Below are positions 1 to 16,998 of a stretch of DNA of 64,000 bases, piece by piece. The number at the start of each line of letters is the position of its first letter. Within the stretch, counting starts at the first letter, position 1. A model generated the notes under the pieces. The model saw nothing but the letters and a program-made list of their open reading frames with translations. It did not search any database and was not told the origin of the DNA. A program made the position numbers and the translations under genes. The stretch comes from the human T2T-CHM13v2.0 reference genome, Homo sapiens, in NCBI GenBank assembly GCA_009914755.4, contig CP086569.2:2144001-2208000 (forward strand), read 5' to 3'.

Positions 1-423
1 TCCCCGAGACCTAATAAGACATCTGGCTCCGTCACTGATCAAACAATGAGTACAACAGCTTAGCGTCCACTGCAAAGCTCCGTGGCAGTTAGCTCTAGTC
101 AGTTTGTTCACAGCCGTGATTAAGGTGCCCACAGCATCCTCACCAGCCTCAGGAACGCGGCACAGTCAGCTCTCCACACGGGTGACCCCAGAAACAAGAG
201 ACAGGACTGTAACAGGGACAACGTGCGGCACACCAAACACCAGAAACAGGAGACCGGACTGAAACAGGGACAATGTGTGAGATGCCAAAAACCAGAACAA
301 GAGACAGGAATATTATAACAGGGACAAAGTCCAGAGGACATGGAAGGTGGAAGACTCATGTGTCATAGGTGGAAACAGTTTATCTGTGAGTTGCAAACCA
401 GGTGGATCAAGAATAAAAAGTGC

Positions 424-711
424 AGCCGGACGTGGTGGCTCACACCTGTAATCCCAGCACTTTGGGAGGCCAAGGTGGATGGATCACCTGAGGTCAGGGG
501 TTTGAGACCAGCCTGACCAACATGGAGAAACCTCATCTCTACTAAAAATATAAAATTAGCCAGGCATGGTGGTGCATGCCCGTACTCCCAGCCACTCAGG
601 AGAATCGCTTGAACCCAGGAGGCGGGGAGGTTGCAGGGAGCTGAGATCACACCACTGCACTCCAGCCTGGGCGACACAGTAAAACTCCGTCTCAAAAAAA
701 AAAAAAAAAAA
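424..711 (+). mobile_element. Alu SINE, full length with A-tail
   Basis: Starts GCCGGACGTGGTGGCTCACACCTGTAATCCCAGCACTTTGGGAGGCC and ends in an A17 tail. Orthologous copies sit at 6068..6372 and 10283..10595. Confidence 0.95.
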
Positions 712-1234
712 TGTTGGACCAAGAATGAAAGGTGCACAAATGCAGCCAGGGATGGAAGCCCCTTCCACCCTGGGCCCTGGAACTGCACAGGCCACCTTCT
801 AAGGTTTCTCTCCTGTCATCCTCCCAAGTCTACACGAATATAAAGAATCACACTAGAAGTCTCTGATGCGATGGGGGCATCTCCAGAAATCCGAAGATTC
901 AGGTTCTGAACCTCTGATCTGGGTGGGCTGGGGAGCTGCAGTTCCAGAAAGCAAAGGAAGCCTGTGATGTGATTCAGACCATTTCTTGGTAGCAAGGGTG
1001 TAGGGGAAGAAGGATGTGGACCGGGCAGGGGAAGGAATGAATGCGGTCAGGACGCTGGCTGGAGAATGTCTGAGATGGCCACTTGCAGAGAGGAGCAGGC
1101 TGGCTGCGTCTCTCACTGTGCCTGGGATGGTCGCTGACAGAGGAAACGGATACCACATAAGAGTCAGAGACACCCAATGAAGAAACAAAAGCAGTTTACA
1201 GGATGAAAAGTACACAGACACGGACACTCAGAAG

Positions 1235-2540
1235 AATGTGGCCAAGGGACCGCCACTGTGTATGCACTGAAGAGGTTCCCTAAGAATGCGGCCACGGGAC
1301 TACTGCCATGTACACACTGAAGACGTTCCCTAAGTATGCGGCCAAGGGACCGCCGCCATGTACACACTGAAGACATTCCCTAAGAATGTGGCCAAGGGAC
1401 CTCCACCATGTACACACTGAAGACGCTCCCAAAGAATGCAGCCAAAGGACGGCACTGAAGACTTTCCCTAGGGATGGGGCCAAGGGACCACCACCGTGTA
1501 CACACTGAAGACATTCCCTAAGCATGTGGTCCAAAGGACTGCTGCCATGTACACACTGAAGACGTTCCCTAAGCTTGTGGCTAAGGGACCACCGCCATGT
1601 ACACACTGAAGAAGTTCCCTAGCAATAAGGCCAAGTGACCGCTGCCGTTGCACACTGAAGACGTTCCCTAAGTATGTGGCTCAGGGACCACCGCCATGTA
1701 CACACTGAAGACGTTCCCTAAGAATGCCGCTAAAAGACAGCACTGAAGACATTCCCTAGGCACGTGGCTGAGGGGCCTCCGCCATGTACACACTGAAGGC
1801 ATTCCGAAGCATGTGGCTAAGGGACCACTGCCATGTACACACTGAAGACGTTCCCTAACAATGCGCCCAAGGGACCACCACCATGTACACACCGAAGACG
1901 TTCCCTAAGAATGCAGCCAAGGGACGGCACTGAAGACTCGTTCCCTAGGCATGTGGCCAAGGGACCGCACTGAAGAAGTCCCCTAAGCATGCGGCCAAGG
2001 GACTGCCACCGTGTACACGCTGAAGACATTCCCTAAGAATGTGGATAAGGGACCGCCGCCATGTACACACTGAAGACGTTCCCTAAAAATGCAGCCAAGG
2101 GACCGCCGCCATGTATACATTGAAGACGTTCCCAAAGAATGCAGCCAAGCGACGGCACTGAAGACACTCCCTAGGCATGTGGCCAAGGGACCGCCACCCT
2201 ATACACACTGAAGACGCTCCCTAAGCATGTGGCTAACAGACTGCGACCATGTACACACTGAAGACATTCCCTAAGAATGTGGCCAAGGGACCGCCACCGT
2301 GTATGCACTGAAGACGTTCCCTAAGCATGTGGCCAAGGGACTGCACTGATGACGTTGCCTAAGGATGCAGCCAAGGGACTGCCACCGTGTACACACGGAA
2401 GACATTCACTAAGAATATGACTAAGGGACCGCCACCATGTACCCACTGAAGATGTTCCCTAAGCATATAGCCAAGGGACCGACACCATGTACACACTGAA
2501 AACGTTCCCTAAGAATGTGGCCAAGGGACCGCCACCTTGT
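1235..2540. repeat. Minisatellite with a 50-bp unit, about 27 copies (array in copy A)
   Basis: Period-50 unit ATGTACACACTGAAGACGTTCCCTAAGAATGTGGCCAAGGGACCGCCGCC, with about 38-bp variants lacking the CCACCATGTACACA part. Confidence 0.9.
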
Positions 2541-2544
2541 ACAT

Positions 2545-2995
2545 AGTGAAGACGTTCCAAAGGTCCAGCCATAGGCCTGCAAAACATCAGAGGAAAGAAT
2601 GGTGTGCAGGATCCAGACATCCCACCACTGGGTGTGTACCCAAAGGAAAGGAAATCAGCCCATCAATGGGATACCTGCATCCCCTGTGCCCTGCAGCACT
2701 ACTCAGGTTCCAAGATATACAATCAACCCATGTGTCAATCAACAGATGAGTACATCAAGCAAATGTGGCATAGACACACAGTGGAATAGTATGCAGCCAT
2801 GAAAAAGGAAATCCTGCCATTTGCGCAACATGGATGGGACTGGAAGATACAATGTGAAGTGAAATGAACCAGGCACAGAGAGACAAATACTGTATCATCT
2901 CGTATGTAGAATCTAAAAAAGCTGAACGCATAAACGCAGAGAGTGCAATGGTGGTTGCCAGGGAAGAATGCTGAAGTGTTTGTCAAAGAACATAA
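2545..2995 (+). mobile_element. L1 LINE fragment from the ORF2 C-terminal/3' region, old subfamily
   Basis: Recognisable L1 ORF2-end motifs (GGAATACTATGCAGCCAT(A/G)AAAAAGGA..., TGGTTGCCAGGG...TGTCAAAG...TTTCAGTT). The ORF-track peptide 2537..2749 is an ORF2 relic. Confidence 0.75.
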
Positions 2996-3004
2996 CATTT
3001 CAGT

Positions 3005-3440
3005 TGGAGGCCAGGAGCGCTGTGGCTCATGTCTGGAATCACTGTGCTATGGAAGGCTGAGGAAGGAGGATCACTGGAGGCCAGGAGTTTGAGACAAGCC
3101 TGGGTAACGTAATGAAACCCTATCTCTAAACAAATAAAAAAAAAACTGAAAAAATTAACTGGATATGGTGGCATGCACCTGTAGTCCCAGCTACTTGGGA
3201 GGCTGAGGCAGGAGGATCGCTTTAGCCCAGGAATTCAAGACCAGCCTGAGCAACATAGCAAGACCCCATCTCTACAAAAAATTTAAAAATTAACCAGGTG
3301 TGGTGGTGTGCACCTGTAGTCCCAGCTACCTGGGAGGCTGAGGTGGGAGGGTCACCTGAGCCATGAGTTGGAGGCTGCTGAGAGCTATGAACATGATGCT
3401 GTACTCCAGCCTGGCTATAGGATGAGACTGTCTCAAAAAA
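3005..3440 (+). mobile_element. Composite Alu-derived element (monomer-rearranged, AluJ/FLAM-like)
   Basis: Repeated Alu left-monomer motifs (GGAGGCTGAGG..., GAGTTTGAGAC..AGCCTGGGCAACAT) and an A-rich end. Confidence 0.75.
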
Positions 3441-4016
3441 CATATAAATTACATTAAAATTAATTTTTTTCAGTTAGATAAAACAAATGAATTCCAAGTT
3501 CTATCACACCACACAGTGATGATAGTTAATAATACATCACGTCTTTCAAAATGACTAAAAGTAGATTTTACATATTCTCACTACAAAAAAAAGTAGGTGA
3601 GGTGATATAGGTTAGAGTTAGAATTATGTGAATATGTAAATTAGCTTGATTGTTATGTTAATTAGCTTCAATGTTAATATGTTAATTAGCCTGATTATTA
3701 ATATGTTAGTTAATGTGATTGTTAATATGGTAACTAGCTTGATTTAATCATTGCATGATGTGTACGTGGATTAAAACATCACGTTGTACCTCATATACGT
3801 GTATACAATTACTTTTTTTAACGAAAAATGAATTTTCCAGAAAAATGACTCGCATTTCCAGGCAGAAAACAAAACAAGTCCCAGTTTCAAGGACAGCTGT
3901 GACATATTTAACAGTGTTTCCTCTTAATTCAACACCCTTTATATGACCATGACCCAAGGGGCTCCAAGTTGCCAAGGAAAGGATTCCAGTTATGTGCTCA
4001 AGGTGTATCCACACTG

Positions 4017-4305
<289 letters not shown>

Positions 4306-4599
4306 GACATTTACGTTGAGATTTCTACACTGTGAAAAAAGATCTGCAATAGGGCATCAGGCACCCCAAAGATTCCCAATGCTATTAACCAATCAAATCT
4401 ACTAGGAAATTGCAATTGCAATCACTCCACAGTTTCCCGGAAAGGTGAACACCCCTCCAGTAGGAAGCATTCAGTGTTTTCATGCACATCGCTTCATCCA
4501 TTTCTCAAAACAACGCCATGTAAACTGGATAAACAAAGGGTGGTGCATATACACTATGGAATACTACATACCCATGAAAAAGAATGGGATTGGTTGGGT

Positions 4600-4876
4600 G
4601 TGGTGGCTCACACCTATAATCTCAGCACTTTGGGAGGCCGTGGAGGGCAGATTAACTGAGGTCAGGAGTTCAAAACCAGCCTGGGCAACATGGAGAAACC
4701 CCGTCTCTACTAAAAATACAAAATTAGCCGGGCGTGGTGGCATGTGTCTGTAATCTCAGTTACTCAGAAGGCTGAGGCAGGACAACTGCTTGAACCCGGG
4801 AGCTGGTGGTAGCGGTGAGCCGAGATCACACCATTGCACTCCAGCCTGGGCAACAAAAAGGAAACTGTCTCAAAAA
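4600..4876 (+). mobile_element. Alu SINE
   Basis: GGTTGGGTGTGGTGGCTCACACCTATAATC...A-tail. Confidence 0.9.
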
Positions 4877-4877
4877 A

Positions 4878-5220
4878 AAAAAAAAAATGGGATGATGTCC
4901 TTTGCAGGAACATGCACGGAGGTGGAGGCCATTATCCTTAGCAAACTTACACAGGAACAGAAAACCAAATACCACCTGTTCCCACTGATAAGTGACAGCT
5001 AAACATTGGGCACTGGTGGATATAAAGAAGGGAACAGCTGCAGGGGCCTGCTGGAGGGTGGAGGGTGGGACAAATGAGAGGATCAAAAAACTACCTATCA
5101 GATGGTAGTAGGCTTACTACCTGGTTGATGAATTAATCTGTACACTAAACCCCCAGGACATGCAATTTACCCGTGTAATGAACCTGCACACGTGCCCCTG
5201 AACCTGAAAGTTTAAAAAGT
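4878..5220 (+). mobile_element. L1 3' end fragment (ORF2 end plus 3'UTR), present only in copy A
   Basis: Matches the L1 3' terminus motifs (TCCTTTGCAGGAACATG.A.GGAGGTGGAGGCCATTATCCTTAGCAAACT...ACCTGCACACGTGCCCCTGAACCTGAAAGTTTAAAAAG). Confidence 0.85.
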
Positions 5221-5517
<297 letters not shown>

Positions 5518-6067
5518 ACACTACATGTGCTGCTATTGGGAATATTTTACTGAATTTTTTTTAAGTCCTTTAAAATGTTAGGGTAGTGTCTTAGGAAATC
5601 AGGGATTTCCAAAGGCAGGACTTCACGTTGCCAACATGAGTGTGAGAAGGATTCCTTTCAGTGTAGAAGGTGCTTGCCTGCTCTGTGCTTCCAGAAATCC
5701 CCGAGACTTAATAAGGCACCTGGCTCCGTCACTGATCAAAGAATGGGTACCACAACTTACTGTCCACTGCAAAGCTCCATGGCACCTAGCTCTAGCCAGT
5801 TTGTTCACAGCCGTGATTAAGGTGCCCACAGCATCCTCACCAGCCTCAGGAACGTGGCACAGTCAGCTCGCCACAGGGGTGACCCCAGAAACAAGAGACA
5901 GGACTGTTACAGGGACAACACGTGGGACGCCAAAAACCAGAAACAAGAGACAGGAATATTGTAACAGGGACAAAGTCCAGACCACACGGAAGGTGGATGA
6001 CTCATTTGTCACAGGTGGAAACAGTTTATCTGCGAGTTTGAAACCAGGTGGATCAAGAATGAAAGGC

Positions 6068-6478
<411 letters not shown>

Positions 6479-6874
6479 CTACACGAATATAGAGAAACAC
6501 ACTAGAAGTCTCTGATAGGATGGGGGCATCTCCAGAAATCCAAAGATTCAGGTTCTGAATCTCTGATCTGGGTGGGGCTGGGGAGCTGCAGTGCCAGAAA
6601 GATAATGAAGCCTTGGCTGTGATTCAGACCATTTCTTGGTATCAAGCGTGTAGGGGAAGAAGGATGCGGACAGGGCAGGAGAAGGAATGAATGCGGTCAG
6701 CACGGTGGCTGGAGGATGTCTGGGATGGCGAGGTGCAGAGAGGAGCAGGCTGGCTGCGTCTCTCACTGTGCCTGGGATGGGCGGTGACAGAGGAAAGGGA
6801 TTCCACATGAGAGTCAGAGACACCCAATGAAGAAACAAAAGCAGCTTACAGGGTGGAAAGGACACAGACACAGA

Positions 6875-8495
6875 CACTCAGAAGAATGTGGCCAAGGGAT
6901 CGCCACCGTGTACGAACTGAAGACGTTTTCTAAGAATGTGGACAAGGGACTGCCACTCCGTATGCACTGAAGAGGTTCCCAAAGCATGTGGCCAAGGGAC
7001 CATCGCCATGTACACAATCAAGACAATCCCTAAGCATGTGATTAAGGGACTGCCACCATGTACACACTGAAGATGTTCCCTAAGAATGGGGCCAAGGGAC
7101 CACTGCCATGTACACACTGAAGACGTTCCCTAAGTATGTGGCTAAGGGACCGCCCCCATGTACGCACTGAAGACATTCCCTAAGAATGCAGCCAAAAGAC
7201 GGCACTGAAGACGCTCCCTAAGAATGTGGCCAAGGGACCACAACGGTGTACACACTGAAGCCATTCCTTAAGCATGTGGCCCAAGGGACTGCCACGCTGT
7301 GCATACTGAAGACGATCCCTAAGCTTGTGGCTAAGGGACGGCGGCCATCTACACACCAAAGACGTTCCCTAACAATGAGGCCAAGGGACCACTGCTGTGC
7401 ACACACTGAAGATGTTCCCTAAGTGTGTGGCTAAGGGACCTCTGCCATGTACACACTGAAGACGTTCCCTAAGAATGCAGCTAAAAGATGGCACTGAAGA
7501 CGTTCCCTAAGCATGTGGCCAAGAGACTGCCACCATATACACACTGAAGACGTTCCCTAAGCTTGTGGCTAAGGGACCGCCGCCATGTACACACTTAAGA
7601 CGTTCCCTAAGAATGCGGCCAAGGGACCGCCACCATGTACACACTGAAGACGTTCCCTAAAAATGCAGGGAAGGGACAGCATTAAAGATGTTCCCTAGGC
7701 ATGTGGCCAAGGGAATGCACTGAAGATGTTCCCTAAGCATGCAGCCAAAGAACTGCCACCATGTATACACTGAAGACATTCCCTAGGAATGTGGGTGAGG
7801 GACTGCTACCATGTGCACACTGAAGATGTTCCCTAAGAATGCAACCAAGGGACCACTGCTGTGTGCAGTGAAGACACTCCCTAAGTATGTGGCTAAGGGA
7901 CCTCCGCCATGTGCACACTGAAGACATTCCCTAAGAATGCAGCTGGCACTGAAGACGTTCCCCTAGGCATAATGACCAAGGGACCCCACTGTATACAACT
8001 GAAGACGTTCCCTAAGCATGTGGCTAAGGGACTGCCACCAAGAACACAATGAAGACGTTCCCTAAGCATGCGGCTAAGGGAATGCCGACATGTACACACT
8101 GAAGAGGTTCCCTAAGAATGCGACCAAGGGACCGCCACCATGTACACACTGAAGACAGTCCCTAAGCATGTGGCACAAGGGACCGCCGCCCTGTGCACAC
8201 TGAAGATGTTCCCTAACCATGGGGCCAACAGACTGCCACCGTGTACACACTGAAGACATTCCCTAAGCATGTGGCTAAGGGACCGCCGCCAGGTACACAA
8301 TGAAGATGTTCCCTAGGCATGTGGCCAAGGGATCACACTCACTGAAGACGTTCCCTAAGCATACAGCCAAGGGACTGCCACCGTGTACACACTGAACACG
8401 TTCCCTAAGAATGTGGTTAAGGGACCGCCGCCATGTACACACTGAAGATGTTCCCTAAGAATGTGGCCAAGGGAATGCACTGAAGACCTTCCCTA
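6875..8495. repeat. Minisatellite with a 50-bp unit, about 32 copies (array in copy B)
   Basis: Same unit as 1235..2540. Confidence 0.9.
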
Positions 8496-8837
8496 ATACA
8501 AAAGCTAAGACATTGTGGGTGTACCACACACTTCCTACAGCTGTGGGAAAATGAGGCTCTTCAGGGCACCTCCATGACTAGCCACAAACCCAGCTAGGAG
8601 AGCCACGGAAAGAATGGGGTGGTGTAACTGCAGTAATTACCAAGACATAATTCGATCTAATCGCCTTCTAAATAAATGGCTCCCTTAACTCTGCCCAGCC
8701 CACTTGATTCACACCAAGGAAGACGTCTTTAACATACAAAATCAGGCTGTGAGGAGTAAAACTTGGACAATGCCATTTCATCACAGCACAGAGCCACGGT
8801 GAGACCAGCACCTCTTATGGAAAGAAAACAGACAGCT

Positions 8838-9182
<345 letters not shown>

Positions 9183-9451
9183 CTACACTGTGAAAAAAAT
9201 ATCTGTAATAGTGCATCAGGCACCCCAAAAATTCCCAATGCTCTTAATTAATCAAATCTACTAGGAAATTGCAATTGCAATGACTCCACAGTTTCCCAGG
9301 AGGCAAACACCATTCCAATAGAAAGCATTCACTGTTTTTATGCAAATCATTTCATCCATTCCTCAAAACAACGCCACGTAGACTGGATAAAGAAAAGGTG
9401 GTGTACATACACCACAGAATACTATGCATTCTTGAAAAAGAATGGGATTGA

Positions 9452-9806
<355 letters not shown>

Positions 9807-10282
9807 TTAAAATATTAGGGTAGTGTCTTAGGAAATCAGGGACTTCACGATGCCAACATGAGTGTGAGAAGGATTCCTTTCAATGTAGAAGCTGTTTCCC
9901 TGCTCTGGGCTTCCACAAATCCCCAAGACCTAATAAGACACCTGGCTCCGTCACTGATCAAAGAATGGGTACCACGACTTAGTGTCCACTGCAAAGCTCC
10001 ATGGCACCTAGCTCTAGCCAGTTTGTTCACAGCCGTGATTAAGGTGCCCACAGCATCCTCACCAGCCTCAGGAACGTGGCACAGTCAGCTCGCCACACGG
10101 GTGACCCCAGAAACAACAGACAGGACTGTTACAGGGACAACATGTGGGATGCAAAAAACCAGAAACAAGAGACAGGAATATTGTAACAGGGACAAAGTCC
10201 AGACCACATGGAAGGTGGATGACTCATTTGTCACAGGTGGAAACAGTTTATCTGTGAGTTTAAAACCAGGTGGATCAAGAAA

Positions 10283-10700
<418 letters not shown>

Positions 10701-11099
10701 CTACACGGATATAAAGAAACACACTAGAAGTCTCTGATAGGATGGGGGCATCTCCAGAAATCCGAAGATTCAGGTTCTGAATCTCTGATCTGGGTGGGGC
10801 TGGGGAGCTGCAGTTCCAGAAAGCAAATGAAGCCTTGGCTGTGATTCAGACCATTTCTTGGTATCAAACGTGTAGGGGAAGAAGGATGCGGACAGGGCAG
10901 GAGAAGGAATGAATGCGGTCAGCACGGTGGCTGGAGGATGTCTGGGATGGCGACGTGCAGAGAGGAGCAGGCTGGCTGCGTCTCTCACTGTGCCTGGGAT
11001 GGGCGGTGACAGAGGAAAGGGATTCCACATGAGAGTCACAGACACCCAGTGAAGAAGCAAAAGCAGCTTACAGGGTGGAAAGAACACAGACACAGACAC

Positions 11100-12655
11100 T
11101 CAGAAGAATGTGGCAGGGACACATTCTGGCCAATGGACTGTCACCTTGTACAAACTGAAGACGTTTTCTAAGAATGTGGCCAAGGGATCACACTGAAGAC
11201 GTTCCCTAAGAATGTGGCCAAGGGACTGCACTAAAGATGTTCTCTAAGCATGCGGCCAAGGGACCACCAGTGTGTACACATTGAAGAGGTTCCCTAAGAA
11301 TATGGCTAAGAAACAGCACTGAAGACATTCCCTAAGCATGTGGTTGAGGGACCGCACTGAAGACGTTCCCTAAGAATGACACCAGGGGACTGCCACCGTG
11401 TATGCACTGAAGATATTCCCTAAGAATGTGGCCAAGGGACCAACCAGGGCTGTGACTGAAGACGTTCCCCAAGCGTGCGGCCAAGGGACCACCATTGTGT
11501 AGGCACTGACGACGTTCCCTTAGAATGTGGCCCGGGGACCACCACCATGTAAGAAGTGAAGACGCTCCCTAAGAATGTGGCCAAGGGACCACCACGGTGT
11601 ACACACTGAAGACGTTCCCTAAGTATGTGGCTAAGGGACCACCGCCATGTACGCACTGAAGACGTTCCCTAAGAATGCAGCCAAGGCAAGGCACTGAAGA
11701 CATTCCCTAGGCATGGGGCCAAGGGATGGCCACCATGTACACACTGAAGTCATTCCCTAAGCATGTAGCCCAAGGGACCACCACCGTGTGCACACTGAAG
11801 ATGTTCCCTAAGCTTGTGGCTAAGGGACCACAGCCATGTACATACTGAAGATGTTCGCTAACAATGCAGCCAAAGGACTGCTGCCCTGTACACACTGAAG
11901 ACGTTCCCTAAGCATGTGGCCCAAGGGACTCCCACCCTGTGCACACTGAAGATGATCCCTAAGCATGTGGCTAAGGGACCACCACCATGTACACACTGAA
12001 GACATTCCCTAAGCATGTGGCCCAAGGGACTCCCGCACTGTGCACACTGAAGATGATCCCTAAGCTTGTGGCTAAGGGACCTCCGCCACGTACACACTGA
12101 AGACATTCCCTAAGAATGTGGCCAAGGGACCACCACCATGTGCACACTGACGACATTCCGTAAGAATATGGCCCTGTGCACACTGAAGACATTCCCTAAG
12201 CATGTGGCTACGGGACCACCGTGTACGCACTGAAGACATTCCGTAAGAATGCGACCAGGGGACCGCCACATGTGCACACTGAAGACATTCCCTAAGAAAA
12301 CGGCCAAGGGACGGCACTTAAGACGTTCCCTAAGCATGTGGCCCAAGGGACCACTGCCCTGTGCACACTGAAGATGTTCGCTAAGCATGTGGCTAAGGGA
12401 CTGCCGCCATGTACACACTGAAGACATTCCCTAAGAATGTGGCCAAGGGACCGCCACAGTGTACACACTGAAGACGTTCTCTAAGAATGTGGCCAATGGA
12501 CCACACTGTAGACGTTCCCTAAGCATGCAGCAAAGGGACTGCCACCGTGTACACACTGAAGACATTCCCTAAGAACGTGGCTATGGGACTGTCGCCATGT
12601 ACACACTGAAGATGTTCCCTAAGCATGTGGCCAAGGGACGGACGCCATGGACACT
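11100..12655. repeat. Minisatellite with a 50-bp unit, about 31 copies (array in copy C)
   Basis: Same unit as 1235..2540. Confidence 0.9.
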
Positions 12656-12659
12656 GGGA

Positions 12660-13127
12660 AGACGTTCACTAAAGTCCAGAAACGGGCCTGCGAAACACCA
12701 AAGGAAAGAATGTTGTGCAGGATCCAGTCATCCCACCGCTTGGTGTGTGCCCAAAGGAAAGGAAATCAGCCCATCAATGGGATACCTGCACCCCCTGTGC
12801 ACTGCCAACACTACTAACAGTTTCCAAGATATAGAATCAACCCATGTGTCAATCAACAGATGAGCGTATCAAGCAAATGTGGCATAGACACACAATGGAA
12901 TAGTATGCAGCCATGAAAAAGGAAATCCTGCCATTTGCAGCAACATGGATGGGACTGGAAGATACAATGTGAAGTCAAATGAACCAGGCACAGAGAGACA
13001 AATACTGTATCATCTCGTATGTAGAATCTAAAAAAGCTGAACGCATAAACGCAGAGAGTGCAATGGTGGTTGCCAGGGAAGAATGCTTCATGAAGTGTTT
13101 GTCAAAGAACATAAAATTTCAGTTGGA
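12660..13127 (+). mobile_element. L1 ORF2-end fragment (copy C ortholog of 2545..2995)
   Basis: Same L1 motifs. The ORF-track peptide 12597..12863 is a relic. Confidence 0.75.
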
Positions 13128-13550
13128 GGCCAGGAGCAGTGGCTCATGTCTGGAATCACAATGCTATGGAAGGCTGAGGAAGGAGGATCACTGGAGGCCA
13201 AGAGTTTGAGACAAGCCTGGGCAACATAATGAAACCGCATCTTTAAAAAAAAAAAAAAAATTAGCTGGGTATGGTAGCATGCACCTGCAGTCCCAGCTAC
13301 TTGGGAGGCTGAGGCAGGAGGATCGCTTCAGCCCAGGAATTCAAGACCAGCCTGAGCAACATAGCAAGACCCCATCTCTGCAAAAAACTTAAAAAATTAA
13401 CCAGGTGTGGTGGTGTGCACCTGTAGTCCCAGCTACCTGGGAGGCTGTGGTGGGAGGGTCACCTGAGCCAGGAGTTGGAGGCTGCCATGAGCTATGAACA
13501 TGATGCTGCACTCCAGCCTGGGTGATAGGGTGAGACTGTCTCAAAAAAAA
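13128..13550 (+). mobile_element. Composite Alu-derived element (ortholog of 3005..3440)
   Basis: Alu monomer motifs. Confidence 0.75.
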
Positions 13551-14110
13551 TAAATTACATTAAAATTAAATTTTTCCAGTTAGATAGAAGAAATAAATTC
13601 AAAGTTCTACCACACCACACAGTGATTATCATTAATAATAATACATTGCGTTTTTCAAAATGACTAAAAGTAGATTTTACACATTCTCACCACAAAAAAA
13701 AGTAGGTGAGGTGATATAGGTCAGAGTTAGGATTATGTGAATATGTTAATTAGCTTGTTAATATGTTAATTAGCTTGAATGTTAATGTGTTAATTAGCTT
13801 GATTATTGATATGTTAATTAGGTTAATAATATGGTAACCAGCTTGATTTAATCATTGCACAATGTGTACTCGGATTAAAACATCACGTTGTACCTCCTAT
13901 ATATGTATACAATTATTTTCTATAAAATAATTCTATAAAGATAGCTCGCATTTCCAGGCAGAAAGCAAAACAAGTCCCAGTTTCGAGGACAGCTGTGACA
14001 TATTTAATGGTGTCTCCTCTTAATTCAACAGTTTATATGACCATGACACAAGGGGCTCCAAGTTTCCAAGGAAAGGATTCCAGTTATGTGCTCAAGGTGT
14101 ATCCACACTG

Positions 14111-14403
<293 letters not shown>

Positions 14404-14548
14404 TGGTATCCACACTGCAGCATGGACCAGAAGAGATGACCTTCCAGTGAGCACACGAGGTCGTCTCACAAAGCGGCGAGTGTTCCCAGTTATTACTCGG
14501 AGGGCTGGGCCTGCTCAGGAGGGTTGGTGAGATCAGGCTGTCCCCTAA

Positions 14549-15290
<742 letters not shown>

Positions 15291-15814
15291 CTCATACCAT
15301 TTTTGTATCATGAAACTTTATTATTCTTTGCATTTCTTTCCCTCAAGAATTTAAACATGTAAGAAGCAAACCAACACCTTTTAAAACCTAAACATAATTC
15401 TTAGCTTGTGGATACAGTTTTGGAAGCAATTTAAATTCTAGAAATCCTGCAGTAACTGCCTATTTGATACGTTCTCAGAGTTCCTGCCTTTCCAGTTAAA
15501 CACAAATAAAATAGGAGTCCGGTGACCTCGAACACCCCAGGGTAAGAACGCACAAGCTAAAAGCCAGTTGGAGCCTGAATGTGAAAAGGCAATCATTCCT
15601 TCTGCATCAAAACATCTGCACCCACGGGTCCACCCGTCAGCCAAAAGCCACCTCAGCAATGCTACCAAAACAGGGAAAAGAAAGGCTACCCTCTTTCTTT
15701 CATGCAAGCCCTCTAAGATAACGCACAACCTACTAGCTCACGTAAATTAGGGCACAAAGAACCCAACTGAAATCCTGGCAGAACAAGCACAACTTCTGCT
15801 TAATCGTGAACTCA

Positions 15815-16386
<572 letters not shown>

Positions 16387-16690
16387 TGACAAAAACCTCA
16401 CGTGTGTTACCTAAAGAAACACAGAGCCCAGAGTGTGCGATCTGAGCTGTTTCTCAAACCAGGACAAATAAGTGGATTCCAATTGGTGCCTCGAGAAAAA
16501 AAAGGGAAAAAGTGGCAAAAAAAAAAAAAAAAAAAAGTAGTTTCAACAAAGTCCAGCGGTTATTTTTGGAAGGCCCACTCACCAAGAACAGTGTTTACAT
16601 TCGTACATCTTTTTTCTGAATTTCTTAATGGTTGGGGGAAAAAAAGAAGTCAACAGAGCAATAATATTTCTTGACACAACATTTATATAA

Positions 16691-16998
<308 letters not shown>

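Noticed and set aside
2537-2863. ORF-track peptides 2537..2749 and 12597..12863 (MYIVKTFQRSSHRPAKHQRKE...)
   Set aside because: They are relics of L1 ORF2 C-terminal sequence inside truncated L1 fragments, not functional genes.
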